A stretch of 64,000 bases of DNA from contig CAWVDR010000002.1 of NCBI GenBank assembly GCA_963928085.1, forward strand, positions 497,398 to 561,397, read 5' to 3'. The DNA comes from an uncultured Atopobiaceae bacterium (GTDB taxonomy: Bacteria > Actinomycetota > Coriobacteriia > Coriobacteriales > Atopobiaceae). Within the stretch, counting starts at the first letter, position 1. Each line of letters opens with the position of its first letter. The position numbers and the translations under genes were made by a program. Shown here in pieces: positions 1-10,979 of the stretch. The notes beneath the pieces were generated by a model. That model did not search any database, had not been told where the DNA came from, and was given only the letters and a program-made list of their open reading frames with translations.

Positions 1-84
1 GTCTCGCAGCTCGAGGCTGCCAACGTCGGTCGTTACATCAGGCTTTGGCGCGCCTCCCACGAGTGAGGCGCCACGCTCCTCTCT

Positions 85-1014
85 CTACGAGGAGAGCTCC
101 CCGAGCGCGTACGTCCTGACGAGCGCGGTGACCTCGGGGTCGTCGCAGCGTGCTGTCCCGCCGCAGGCGGCGATCATGCGCGGCAGCCACGTCCCGCCGT
201 AGAAGGGCGTCTCCGCGACGAGCGAACCATCGGGCAGCGTCTTGACGACGCGCAGATCGTGCCAGGGGAGCAGGTCGAGGACGCTCCTATCGGTAAAGGT
301 AATGCACACGGGTCGCTCTTCGCGCGCCTCCCGCGTTGGATTCTCGGTACTCGCGCGCGGCCCTACGACGGCGTCTGCCATCCGGTCGGCGCGAAAGGTC
401 CGCGACGCGCCTCGATCGAGGTCGAGCGCGTCGAGGAACCACACGTCGTCCTCGCTCCTGAGGGCAAGGGGAAGCACGCGGCGCGTCCCTGCGGTCGCAT
501 CTCCCGGCTTCTTGTAGGAGAAGACGAGCTCGCGCCGCCCTACGGCGGCTCGCCCGCAGGCGGCGAGCGTCGTGGCGAGCGTGTCGCTCCCGCTCTCGCC
601 GGACACGAGGCGACGAACGAGCGCCTCGTCGACGGGTTCGGCCGAGAGTGACTCCTCGAGGGCCAGCCGGATGGGGTCAGCGTCTCCCACCCCGAGCCGC
701 TCGAGCGCGGCAGAGAGCGCAAGCGTCTCGTCCCGCCCGAGGCGAAGTCTTCTCCCCCGGATCCCGTTGGAGGTGACGAGGGTGTAGGCGTCACCGTCCT
801 CGACGAGCGGGAGGCTGCCCCCGCCGACGAGCTGGGAAGAGAGGACCAGCTCGACGAGCTTCTCGGCCTCGCCCTCGTCCACGCCCAGGCGTTCCGCCAC
901 CGCTTCGGAGCTGAGCGCATCCCCGGCCTCGCTGAGGCTCGACACGAGCGTTACGAGCTCGCGTGCCGTGTCGAGCGCGCCGGGACGTCCCGCGCCGGTC
1001 CTTCTAGCGCACAC
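85..1014 (-). CDS. WYL-domain transcriptional regulator, PafC-like
   Basis: 309-aa ORF with a WYL-type core (FSYKKPGDATAGTRRVLPLALRSEDDVWFLDALDLDRGASRTFRADRM). It overlaps the upstream paralog by 11 nt, as pafB-pafC pairs do. Confidence 0.6.
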   Translation of the reverse strand: MCARRTGAGRPGALDTARELVTLVSSLSEAGDALSSEAVAERLGVDEGEAEKLVELVLSSQLVGGGSLPLVEDGDAYTLVTSNGIRGRRLRLGRDETLALSAALERLGVGDADPIRLALEESLSAEPVDEALVRRLVSGESGSDTLATTLAACGRAAVGRRELVFSYKKPGDATAGTRRVLPLALRSEDDVWFLDALDLDRGASRTFRADRMADAVVGPRASTENPTREAREERPVCITFTDRSVLDLLPWHDLRVVKTLPDGSLVAETPFYGGTWLPRMIAACGGTARCDDPEVTALVRTYALGELSS

Positions 1015-1972
1015 CGTTGGCCACCCCCTCGAGAACCTCTCGCCACAGGGCGGTGAGCTCGTTCGGTCCCAGGGGACGGATGCCCATGGCGACCGCCCAG
1101 CGCGCCGCAGCTGCCGCGTCGCTTACCGCGACCGTCCAGACGAGGGAGCCACCGTCGGGCGCGAAGGTGCCCTGGGCACCGGCCGCTCGCCGCACCTCCC
1201 CCTCGCGGGCCGCCCCCACGGCGAAGCGCGCCACGAGCGTGGCTGGCCCCATCTGGAACGGCAGCCTCCTCCAGTCCTCGACGGAGAAGTCGTCGGGGAC
1301 CGAGAAGTGCGCCCCCTCGAGCGGCCGTGCGTCCGAGAACCGGTCGACGCGATAGGTCCTGATGCTCTCCTCAACTGGCGTTCCGCCCTCGTCGAGGCGT
1401 GCCGCGACCAGATAGAGGCACCCCCTGAGCCCGAAGAACCCATACGGTGCGAGCGTGCGCTCCGAACGGGAGCCCCGGGCGTCGACGTAGGCCACCTGCG
1501 CGGCGATTCCCTTGGTCAGGCAGGTGCGGAGTGTGCCGAGCGCCTTCGAAGCATCGGGCGTCCTCACGCGGCCGACGGCGAGTGTCTCAGAGAAGGCACG
1601 CGAGACCTTGGCGAGCGCAAGGCGGAGGTCTGACGCGAGGGGGAACGAGGGATCGGCGACGAGCGGGCGACACGCAAGCTCGAGCGCCGCGGCGTCCGTC
1701 GGGTCAAGCTCCGCGCCCCGCGCGAAGGAGAGCCCCTCGTCCGCCTCCCAGAGCGACTCGTCACCGCCCCGGCGGCGCTCGACGACCGACACCCCGCAGT
1801 CGGCGAGCATCTCGCGGTCGCGCGCAAAGGCACGACGAAAGCTGTCGGGGGAGAGGCCCGGGTAGTGGTCGCGGGCAATCTCCGATGACGAGAGCGGGGT
1901 CGTGGCGTTCATGAAGTCGAGCGCGAGGGAGCAGATTCTCCTCGCACGCTCGTCGTCGCGCGTGAGCCTCAC
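1004..1972 (-). CDS. HTH plus WYL-domain transcriptional regulator, PafB-like
   Basis: The ORF track gives 1004..2122. I trimmed the start to GTG at 1972, which is preceded by GGAGGG. N-terminal HTH-like region (ERARRICSLALDFMNATTPLSSSEIARDH) and WYL-like region (YLVAARLDEGGTPVEESIRTYRVDRF). Confidence 0.6.
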   Translation of the reverse strand: MRLTRDDERARRICSLALDFMNATTPLSSSEIARDHYPGLSPDSFRRAFARDREMLADCGVSVVERRRGGDESLWEADEGLSFARGAELDPTDAAALELACRPLVADPSFPLASDLRLALAKVSRAFSETLAVGRVRTPDASKALGTLRTCLTKGIAAQVAYVDARGSRSERTLAPYGFFGLRGCLYLVAARLDEGGTPVEESIRTYRVDRFSDARPLEGAHFSVPDDFSVEDWRRLPFQMGPATLVARFAVGAAREGEVRRAAGAQGTFAPDGGSLVWTVAVSDAAAAARWAVAMGIRPLGPNELTALWREVLEGVANGVR

Positions 1973-2114
1973 GGCACCCCACCCTCCGTTCGTCCTGACG
2001 GTTGAGCCGTCGCTTGAGTCTTTCCTGCGTAGAGCGAGGACAAGACGTATACTATTTTGATTGTATGCACAGCTCGCGGTGACGATCGCGAAACTTGTGA
2101 AAAGGATGCTTCGC

Positions 2115-4349
2115 ATGGCCATGACACATGACTACCTTGAGTTCCTCGACGAGAGAATCGGCATCTCCCCCACGAACAGCGAGGAGGAGCTCAAGGCCGC
2201 CGAGGTCATCTCCGACCTCATGGGCCAGCATGACGTTGAGGCCAGCGTCGAGGAGTTCGACGCGCCCCTCGTCGCGGGTCTCACGCCGGCCCTTCTCGCC
2301 GTGGCGTGCCTTCTCGGCATGATTCTCGTCGGCACGGGAGTCCTTCCCCTCACGCTCATCGGCCTCATCCTGGCCGTCGCCCCGGCCGTCCTCTCGGTGC
2401 TGCGGCTCTTTGGGCGCGCCCCCCAGCTCTCCCTCGGCCCGCGCGCGCAGAGCCAGAACGTCGTGGCGGTCCACCGCGCGAGTGGTCCGCTCGTGACCAA
2501 GGGCAGCAGGACCATCGTCATCGCCGCGCACTACGACTCCCCGCGCGAGAACTTCCTGTACACCTCGCCGGTCGCCCCCTATCTCCCGCTCCTCAACAGG
2601 CTGGCCGTCCCGTGCTCTTTTGCCGTCGCGGTCTGCGCTCTCATCCAGCTGCTCGGCTTCTTGCCCGCTCCCTTCCGCATCATCGTCTGGATCGTCGGCA
2701 TCCTCGCCGCGCTGCCCGCGATGGTGCCCGCCGTCGGTGCCATCGCCGAGCGCACGGCGCCGTGTACGGACGGCGTCAACGACAACAAGGCCGCCGTCGC
2801 CGCGCTGCTCGGCATCCTCGAGAACGTCCGCCCGAGCGGCGTCGAGCCCAAAGCCCGTCCCGTCGTCGTTCCGGAGGAGGCCTCCGAGGAGACTCCCGAC
2901 CAGGACGACGAGGTCCCGGTCCCTGTCGACGGCGAGGGGTTGGCCGAGCCCGGCTTCGTCTTCGGCGTTCGCCATGGCGAGAGGGTCCTGAGGGAGCTCT
3001 CGATTCTGCCGGAGTCGTGCGACATCGAGTACGTCGCGCCGGTGCGCCCCGCCGCGCCTGTGGTCGCCGAGGCCCCCGCCCCTGAGCCCGAGCCGGCAGC
3101 CGAGCCGGACGACGTCACGCCCGTCGAGCCCGCGCCCGAGCCGGTCGACGTCCCGGCGGTCACCTCCGAGACGGCCCCGCTCGCCATCGACGCAGAGAAG
3201 ACCGTGGAGACCGTCGCCCTCGGCACCGCCGACGCACCCGCGGCCACCACCTGCGAGGACCTTCTCGCCACGGGCCGCTTCGAGATCGTGATGGACGACG
3301 AGAGCCGTGGCGTCGGGCCCAAGGACACCTCGGGTCTCTCCGCGATGGACGACGACTTTGACCAGGATGCGACCCAGCCTGCCCCGCCCGTCAGGCGGCC
3401 GGATGCCCCGAGCGACCCGGAGTGGGGCAAGACGAGCTACCGACCCCAGCTCACGAACGTCGCGCGCCGGGCGTCCCTCTTTGACCTCCCCGATCCGTCG
3501 GGACGGGAGACGGACCCGTTTGCGACCAACCCCAACGCTCGTCGCGTCCCGGCCCAGGGAGCCCAGGGTGCCGACCAGCAGAGGCTCGAGGTCATGGCCG
3601 GAGGGTCCCAGGCGGAGCCGCTCGAGACGATTGTCCCCCAGGACCAGGCCGCCGAGGAGGAGGCCGAGGCTCCGGGCGAGAAGCCCAAGAACATCGTGCT
3701 CTCCCTGATCAACCGACTCCGCGGCAAGGCTGCCGCCACGGACGAGCCGGACGACGAGTCTGACGGCGAGGATGGCGGCAACTGGCGCGGCGGTGCCGCC
3801 ACGCGCAGCGGCCTTCGCCTCGTGGACGACGAGAGCCCGGCGAACGAGGGCGTCCCGACCGAGGAGGAGCTTCGCGACGCCGTGCTCTCCCTTGGCGACG
3901 ACGAGCTGATCGCGCATGACATCTGGTTCGTGGCACTCGGCGCCTCCTCGCTCGACCACGCGGGCATGCGCTCCTTCCTCGCGCGTCACCGCTCCGAGGT
4001 CAGGGGCTGCTTCGTGGTCAACCTCGACTGCATCGGCGCCGGCCGCCTCGTGACCCTCAAGAACGAGGGTCGTGAGGAGACGCGCCGTGCCGACCGCAGG
4101 ATGACGCGCCTCCTTGGTGGGGCGGCGTCCGACCTCCACGTCGAGCTTGGCCAGGAGACGCATGACTGGGCGGACACCGACGCCACGCCTGCGATGCGCT
4201 CGTCGCTGCGCGCCGTGACCCTCATGGGCCTTGACGACAACGGGCTCCCGGCGCTCTCGGGTACGCCCGACGACGTGACGGAGAACGTGAGCGGCGATCA
4301 GGCCGCCCAGGTTGCCGCGCTCGTCACGGAGATGATTCGTCGCTCGTAG
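2115..4349 (+). CDS. M28-like peptidase-fold membrane protein with a long acidic, Pro-rich insert
   Basis: ORF 2061..4349, with ATG at 2115 after AAGGA. It has TM segments, an AAHYDSPRE motif and a C-terminal WFVALGASSLDHAGMRSFL motif typical of the M28 fold. About 300 aa in the middle are low-complexity and rich in E, D, P and A. Confidence 0.5.
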   Translation: MAMTHDYLEFLDERIGISPTNSEEELKAAEVISDLMGQHDVEASVEEFDAPLVAGLTPALLAVACLLGMILVGTGVLPLTLIGLILAVAPAVLSVLRLFGRAPQLSLGPRAQSQNVVAVHRASGPLVTKGSRTIVIAAHYDSPRENFLYTSPVAPYLPLLNRLAVPCSFAVAVCALIQLLGFLPAPFRIIVWIVGILAALPAMVPAVGAIAERTAPCTDGVNDNKAAVAALLGILENVRPSGVEPKARPVVVPEEASEETPDQDDEVPVPVDGEGLAEPGFVFGVRHGERVLRELSILPESCDIEYVAPVRPAAPVVAEAPAPEPEPAAEPDDVTPVEPAPEPVDVPAVTSETAPLAIDAEKTVETVALGTADAPAATTCEDLLATGRFEIVMDDESRGVGPKDTSGLSAMDDDFDQDATQPAPPVRRPDAPSDPEWGKTSYRPQLTNVARRASLFDLPDPSGRETDPFATNPNARRVPAQGAQGADQQRLEVMAGGSQAEPLETIVPQDQAAEEEAEAPGEKPKNIVLSLINRLRGKAAATDEPDDESDGEDGGNWRGGAATRSGLRLVDDESPANEGVPTEEELRDAVLSLGDDELIAHDIWFVALGASSLDHAGMRSFLARHRSEVRGCFVVNLDCIGAGRLVTLKNEGREETRRADRRMTRLLGGAASDLHVELGQETHDWADTDATPAMRSSLRAVTLMGLDDNGLPALSGTPDDVTENVSGDQAAQVAALVTEMIRRS

Positions 4350-4775
4350 ACCCGCTCGCTCAAAGACAGCGGACCAGCTTGCGCCTTCCGGCATGTCCCA
4401 CGGCCGGAGGGCGTCCGCCGGCCGGCACGTCGCCGCCCCGCGGCCATGACCGTGGGGGCGGTGCGCTTGTCGTCCTTCTCGGCAGCTTTCCGCCCGCATG
4501 ACCGGCATCACAGATCACCGTTCTCACAATGCGCCCTCCCGTCTCTTCGATGGAGAGCACACGCTACGCGAGCCTGCTTGCAGGGGACTTTTCGTAGTGT
4601 GCTCGGAGCTTGCGCGCGGCGGACAGCTGTCTGACGGGGCTGGGGGAGTCGCTGGTGACGGCGGGCTCACGCGATGCCCTTCGCCGGGACGCGTCCTGGC
4701 GAAAAGGGGCCGGACAGCGGGCTTCCCCACAGGGTCTTCACGCCGTCCTCTCGATCCATGGTGATTTGCGGCGCC

Positions 4776-4805
4776 TTGCCACTCGGCGCTGCGGGAGGGT
4801 ATACT
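4776..4805 (+). promoter_or_regulatory. Candidate sigma70-type promoter for tRNA-Gly (TTGCCA-N18-TATACT)
   Basis: The hexamers were read directly. The -10 element ends about 31 nt before the tRNA 5' end. Confidence 0.35.
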
Positions 4806-4836
4806 TTTGTGCGCGCCAGCCCGGCGCCACAAGACT

Positions 4837-4911
4837 GCGGGCATCGCCAAGTGGTAAGGCATCAGCTTCCCAAGCTGACACTCGCGGGTTCGAGTCCCGT
4901 TGCCCGCTCCA
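4837..4911 (+). tRNA. tRNA-Gly (anticodon CCC), CCA encoded
   Basis: Cloverleaf read by eye: acceptor GCGGGCA/TGCCCGC, anticodon loop TTCCCAA, T-loop GGTTCGAGTCC. Confidence 0.9.
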
Positions 4912-4916
4912 AAAGA

Positions 4917-4942
4917 CCGGGGCCCCAAGCGGGGCCCTTTTT
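4917..4942 (+). terminator. Intrinsic terminator after tRNA-Gly
   Basis: GC hairpin GGGGCCCC-AAGC-GGGGCCC followed by TTTTT. Confidence 0.7.
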
Positions 4943-5003
4943 GATGCCGCTCGCCGCCCCCGGGCGAGCCCGAGCGAAAGGAACCAGGGTGGCAGACATC
5001 CCC

Positions 5004-6269
5004 ATGACCGACGAGGAGTGCCGCGTCGCGACGGAGCGTCTCTCCGACCAGCTCGACCTCTATGCCAACCTCCTCGTGAGGAAGGGCGTGGCCCTGCGCG
5101 CCGGCCAGGAGCTCGTGCTCCAGGCGCCCGTCGAGCGCGCTGACTTTGCGCGCCGCGTGGTGCGTGCCGCATATCGCTGCGGCGCCGGCCACGTGACGGT
5201 GATCTGGGCAGACGACGAGGTCAGCCGACTCACCTACGAGAACTGTCCGCTGGAGTTCTTCGAGCACACGCCCACCTGGCAGGTCGAGCAGCTCAACTCG
5301 CTCGCCGAGGCGGGTGCGGCGTTTCTGTTCCTCGAGGGTCAGGACCCCACGATCCTGCGCGGTATCGACCCCGCCAAGCCTGCGGCGGCATCGCGTGCTC
5401 GCAACACCGAGTGCCGATCCTTCCGCGACGGCATGGACTTTGGCCGCAACGCATGGTGCATCGCCGGCGTGCCCGTCGAGGCGTGGGCCCGCGAGGTATT
5501 CCCCGAGCTCTCGCCCGCCGAGGCACTCTACCGACTCTGGGTGCTCATCCTCGAGGTCTCGCGCGCCGACGGCGAGGATCCCGAGAGCGCTTGGGAGACG
5601 CACAACGCCTCCTTCGAGAAGACCAAGCGATTCCTGAACGACCGTCGCTTCGACTCCCTGCGCTACGAGGCCGCGAACGGCACCGACCTCACGATCGGCC
5701 TGCCGGACGGACACATCTGGGACGGCGGCGCCGGTCGTACCCAGGAGGGGGTCACGTTTTTCCCCAACATCCCCACCGAGGAGGTCTTCACCTCCCCTGA
5801 CCGTCTGCGCGCCGAGGGTGTGGTGCACTCCGCCCTCCCGCTCGTCCACGCCGGTCAGGTCGTTCGTGACTTCTGGCTGCGCTTCGAGGACGGTCGCGTT
5901 GTGGACTTCGGGGCCGAGCAGGGCTACGACGTGCTCCGCCACATCCTCGAGACGGACGAGGGGGCGCGCCGTCTCGGCGAGGTCGCGCTCGTGTCCAAGA
6001 ACACGCCGATTCGACAGAGCGACACCCTGTTCTACGACACGCTGTATGACGAGAACGCGAGCTGCCACCTCGCCCTCGGCATGGGCTTCCCCGAGTGCAT
6101 CGCCGACGGGGTGAGCATGAGCAAGGAGGAGCTGACCGCGCGCGGCGTCAACCAGAGCAGCGCCCACGTGGACTTCATGGTCGGCACGGACGACCTGACG
6201 ATCACGGGTATCTGCGCGGACGGCTCTGAGGTCCCGGTGTTCGTGAACGGGCAGTGGGCCTGGGAGTAG
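5004..6269 (+). CDS. M29 family aminopeptidase (AmpS/PepS-like)
   Basis: 421 aa, starting at ATG 5004 within ORF 4674..6269; the upstream part of that ORF runs across the tRNA. The family-typical sequence is recognisable from LYANLLVRKGVALRAGQELVLQAP through DENASCHLALGMGFPE. Confidence 0.85.
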   Translation: MTDEECRVATERLSDQLDLYANLLVRKGVALRAGQELVLQAPVERADFARRVVRAAYRCGAGHVTVIWADDEVSRLTYENCPLEFFEHTPTWQVEQLNSLAEAGAAFLFLEGQDPTILRGIDPAKPAAASRARNTECRSFRDGMDFGRNAWCIAGVPVEAWAREVFPELSPAEALYRLWVLILEVSRADGEDPESAWETHNASFEKTKRFLNDRRFDSLRYEAANGTDLTIGLPDGHIWDGGAGRTQEGVTFFPNIPTEEVFTSPDRLRAEGVVHSALPLVHAGQVVRDFWLRFEDGRVVDFGAEQGYDVLRHILETDEGARRLGEVALVSKNTPIRQSDTLFYDTLYDENASCHLALGMGFPECIADGVSMSKEELTARGVNQSSAHVDFMVGTDDLTITGICADGSEVPVFVNGQWAWE

Positions 6270-6284
6270 TAGAATCAACCCCAC

Positions 6285-6360
6285 GCGCCCTTAGCTCAGC
6301 TGGCAGAGCAGGGGACTTTTAATCCCAAGGTCCAGGGTTCGAACCCCTGAGGGCGCACCA
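6285..6360 (+). tRNA. tRNA-Lys (anticodon TTT), CCA encoded
   Basis: Acceptor GCGCCCT/AGGGCGC, anticodon loop CTTTTAA, T-loop GGTTCGAACCC. Confidence 0.9.
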
Positions 6361-6372
6361 TCGCAGCCTGCG

Positions 6373-6409
6373 GGCCGGACGTTCTTCTCGACGTCCGGCC
6401 CCCTCTTTT
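6373..6409 (+). terminator. Intrinsic terminator after tRNA-Lys, with TTCTTCTCG in the loop
   Basis: Stem GGCCGGACG/ACGTCCGGCC, a loop containing the recurrent TTCTTCTCG motif, then CTCTTTT. Confidence 0.7.
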
Positions 6410-6524
6410 GAGGTTTGGGTTCGCCGTTTCGCCTCAGGCGACCTCTCTCTTTCTAAATCAGCAGGTCAGAGGGTGGTTCCAAAATCGATGCGCCGTATCC
6501 TCCCGAGAGGTGAACCCAAACCTC
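6410..6524. repeat. ~115-bp TIR-bounded element, copy 1 (GAGGTTTGGGTTC ... GAACCCAAACCTC)
   Basis: 13-bp perfect terminal inverted repeats. An inverted second copy lies at 57845-57949. Confidence 0.6.
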
Positions 6525-6826
6525 AGGAGGGAGCCACCACCGAGCAAAAAATGTTTCAAGAAGGAGTCTCTTCTCGTCAGCCAGACGCTCAAGTCCTATA
6601 GTCAGCACGTCAGACAGCCGCGGGCCAATAGCCCGCGCCCGCTCAACTACTGAGGAGGCCAACGTTGATGAACGTTCACAGCGCGCACATGCCCGCTGCG
6701 GCCCTCCTCCCCGCCAACCGACGAATCTAGCCCGCGATGCCCGCCAGGCGCGTCTTTGCTGCCCGCGGCAGACATCGTCGGGTTTCCCTGTGTTCTGACA
6801 ACGCAACCATGCGAAAGGAAAACATC

Positions 6827-8056
<1,230 letters not shown>

Positions 8057-8084
8057 GGCACGGCGCCAGCACGTTTCACGAGAA

Positions 8085-8120
8085 ACGGCCGGCCGGGAGG
8101 CGCTCCCGGCCGGCCGTCTT
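8085..8120 (+). other. 15-bp GC hairpin between argG and argH
   Basis: ACGGCCGGCCGGGAG-GCG-CTCCCGGCCGGCCGT with only a weak T tract, so it is either an intercistronic stem-loop or a weak terminator. Confidence 0.5.
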
Positions 8121-8159
8121 GGTAAGCTAGTCACCAAGCAATCCGAGGAAGGAGCCACG

Positions 8160-9551
<1,392 letters not shown>

Positions 9552-9591
9552 AATCGAGGGGTCAACCGCGCAACCGCCGAGGAGGCCCCGC

Positions 9592-10938
9592 ATGATCGAT
9601 CGCTACACCCGTCCTGAGATGGGCCACATCTTCTCCCTGGAGAACAAGTACCGCATCTGGCAGGAGATCGAGGTGCTGGCCTGCGAGGCGCATGCCGAGA
9701 TGGGCAAGATCGGCATCACGAAGGAGGAGGCCGCCTGGATCCGCGAGCACGCGGACTTCAACAAGGACGAGGTCGACGCCATCGAGGCCGTGACCAACCA
9801 CGACGTCATCGCCTTCCTCACCAACATGGGCGAGTACATCGACCGCGACGTCCCCGAGGGCGAGCCCAAGCCGTCCCGCTGGGTCCACTTTGGCATGACG
9901 TCCTCCGACCTCGGTGACACGGCCCTCTGCTACCAGCTCGTCCAGGCCACCGAAATCCTGATCGAGGACTGCAAGAAGCTCGGCGAGATCTGCAAGCGCC
10001 GCGCCTTCGAGGAGCGAGATACCCTCTGCGTGGGCCGCACCCACGGTATCCACGCCGAGCCCATGACCTTTGGCATGAAGTTCGGCAGCTGGGCCTGGGA
10101 GCTCAAGCGCGACTACGACCGCCTGAAGGACGCCCGCGCCAACGTGGCCTTCGGCGCCATCTCCGGCGCGGTGGGCACCTACTCCTCCATCGACCCGTTC
10201 GTCGAGGAGTACGTCTGCGAGCACCTGGGACTGGTGCACGACCCGCTGTCCACGCAGGTCATCTCCCGCGACCACCACGCCTATCTCGCCGGCGTCCTGG
10301 CCACCACCGCCGCCACCTGCGAGCGCATCGCCACGGAGATCCGCAACCTCCAGAAGACCGACACCCTCGAGGCCGAGGAGCCGTTCCGCAAGGGCCAGAA
10401 GGGCAGCTCGGCCATGCCGCACAAGCGCAACCCCATCACCGTGGAGAAGGTCTGCGGCCTCTCCCGCGTGGTGAAGGCCAACGCCCAGGTTGCCTTTGAC
10501 AACGTGGCGCTCTGGCACGAGCGCGACATCTCGCACTCCTCCGCCGAGCGCGTGGCGCAGGCAGACAGCTTCATCGCCCTTGACCACATGTTCCAGTGCC
10601 TCACGCGCATCGTGGACGGCCTCATCCTCTACCCGGCGCAGATGCTCGCCAACCTCAACAAGACGCGTGGCCTGATCTTCTCGTCCAAGGTCCTTCTCGC
10701 CCTCGTGGAGACGGGCATCACCCGCGAGCAGGCCTACGCCATCGTGCAGGAGAACGCCATGGCCACCTGGCGCGAGGTCCAGCAGTGCGCCGGCGGCACC
10801 ACGTTCCGCGAGAAGCTCGAGGCGGACCCGCGCTGCACCGTGCCGGCTGCCGAGCTGGACAAGATCTTCGATCCGCGCGCCTTCCTCACCCGTGCCGGCG
10901 TGGTCTTTGACCGCCTGGAGTCCCTGAGCTTCGAATGA
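9592..10938 (+). CDS. purB: Adenylosuccinate lyase
   Basis: Starts MIDRYTRPEMGHIFS. Carries the signature GSSAMPHKRNP. Confidence 0.95.
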   Translation: MIDRYTRPEMGHIFSLENKYRIWQEIEVLACEAHAEMGKIGITKEEAAWIREHADFNKDEVDAIEAVTNHDVIAFLTNMGEYIDRDVPEGEPKPSRWVHFGMTSSDLGDTALCYQLVQATEILIEDCKKLGEICKRRAFEERDTLCVGRTHGIHAEPMTFGMKFGSWAWELKRDYDRLKDARANVAFGAISGAVGTYSSIDPFVEEYVCEHLGLVHDPLSTQVISRDHHAYLAGVLATTAATCERIATEIRNLQKTDTLEAEEPFRKGQKGSSAMPHKRNPITVEKVCGLSRVVKANAQVAFDNVALWHERDISHSSAERVAQADSFIALDHMFQCLTRIVDGLILYPAQMLANLNKTRGLIFSSKVLLALVETGITREQAYAIVQENAMATWREVQQCAGGTTFREKLEADPRCTVPAAELDKIFDPRAFLTRAGVVFDRLESLSFE

Positions 10939-10964
10939 TACGAAGGGACTGTCCCTTCGTATCA
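10936..10964. repeat. Stop-codon-abutting palindrome TGATACGAAGGGAC-T-GTCCCTTCGTATCA (family copy 1)
   Basis: A 14-bp-arm palindrome that begins with the purB TGA. The next gene's start codon follows 15 nt later. Confidence 0.8.
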
Positions 10965-10979
10965 TGAAAGGAGAAGAAC

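Noticed and set aside
1-84. Possible 3' end of a gene at the left edge of the window
   Set aside because: The stretch is too short to call. It contains only a GGCGCCTC ... GAGGCGCC hairpin.
2052-4511. 819-aa ORF antisense to the M28-like gene
   Set aside because: Its Arg/Gly/Asp/His-rich low-complexity translation is typical of the reverse frame of GC-rich genes. The sense ORF has recognisable motifs and normal GC3 bias.
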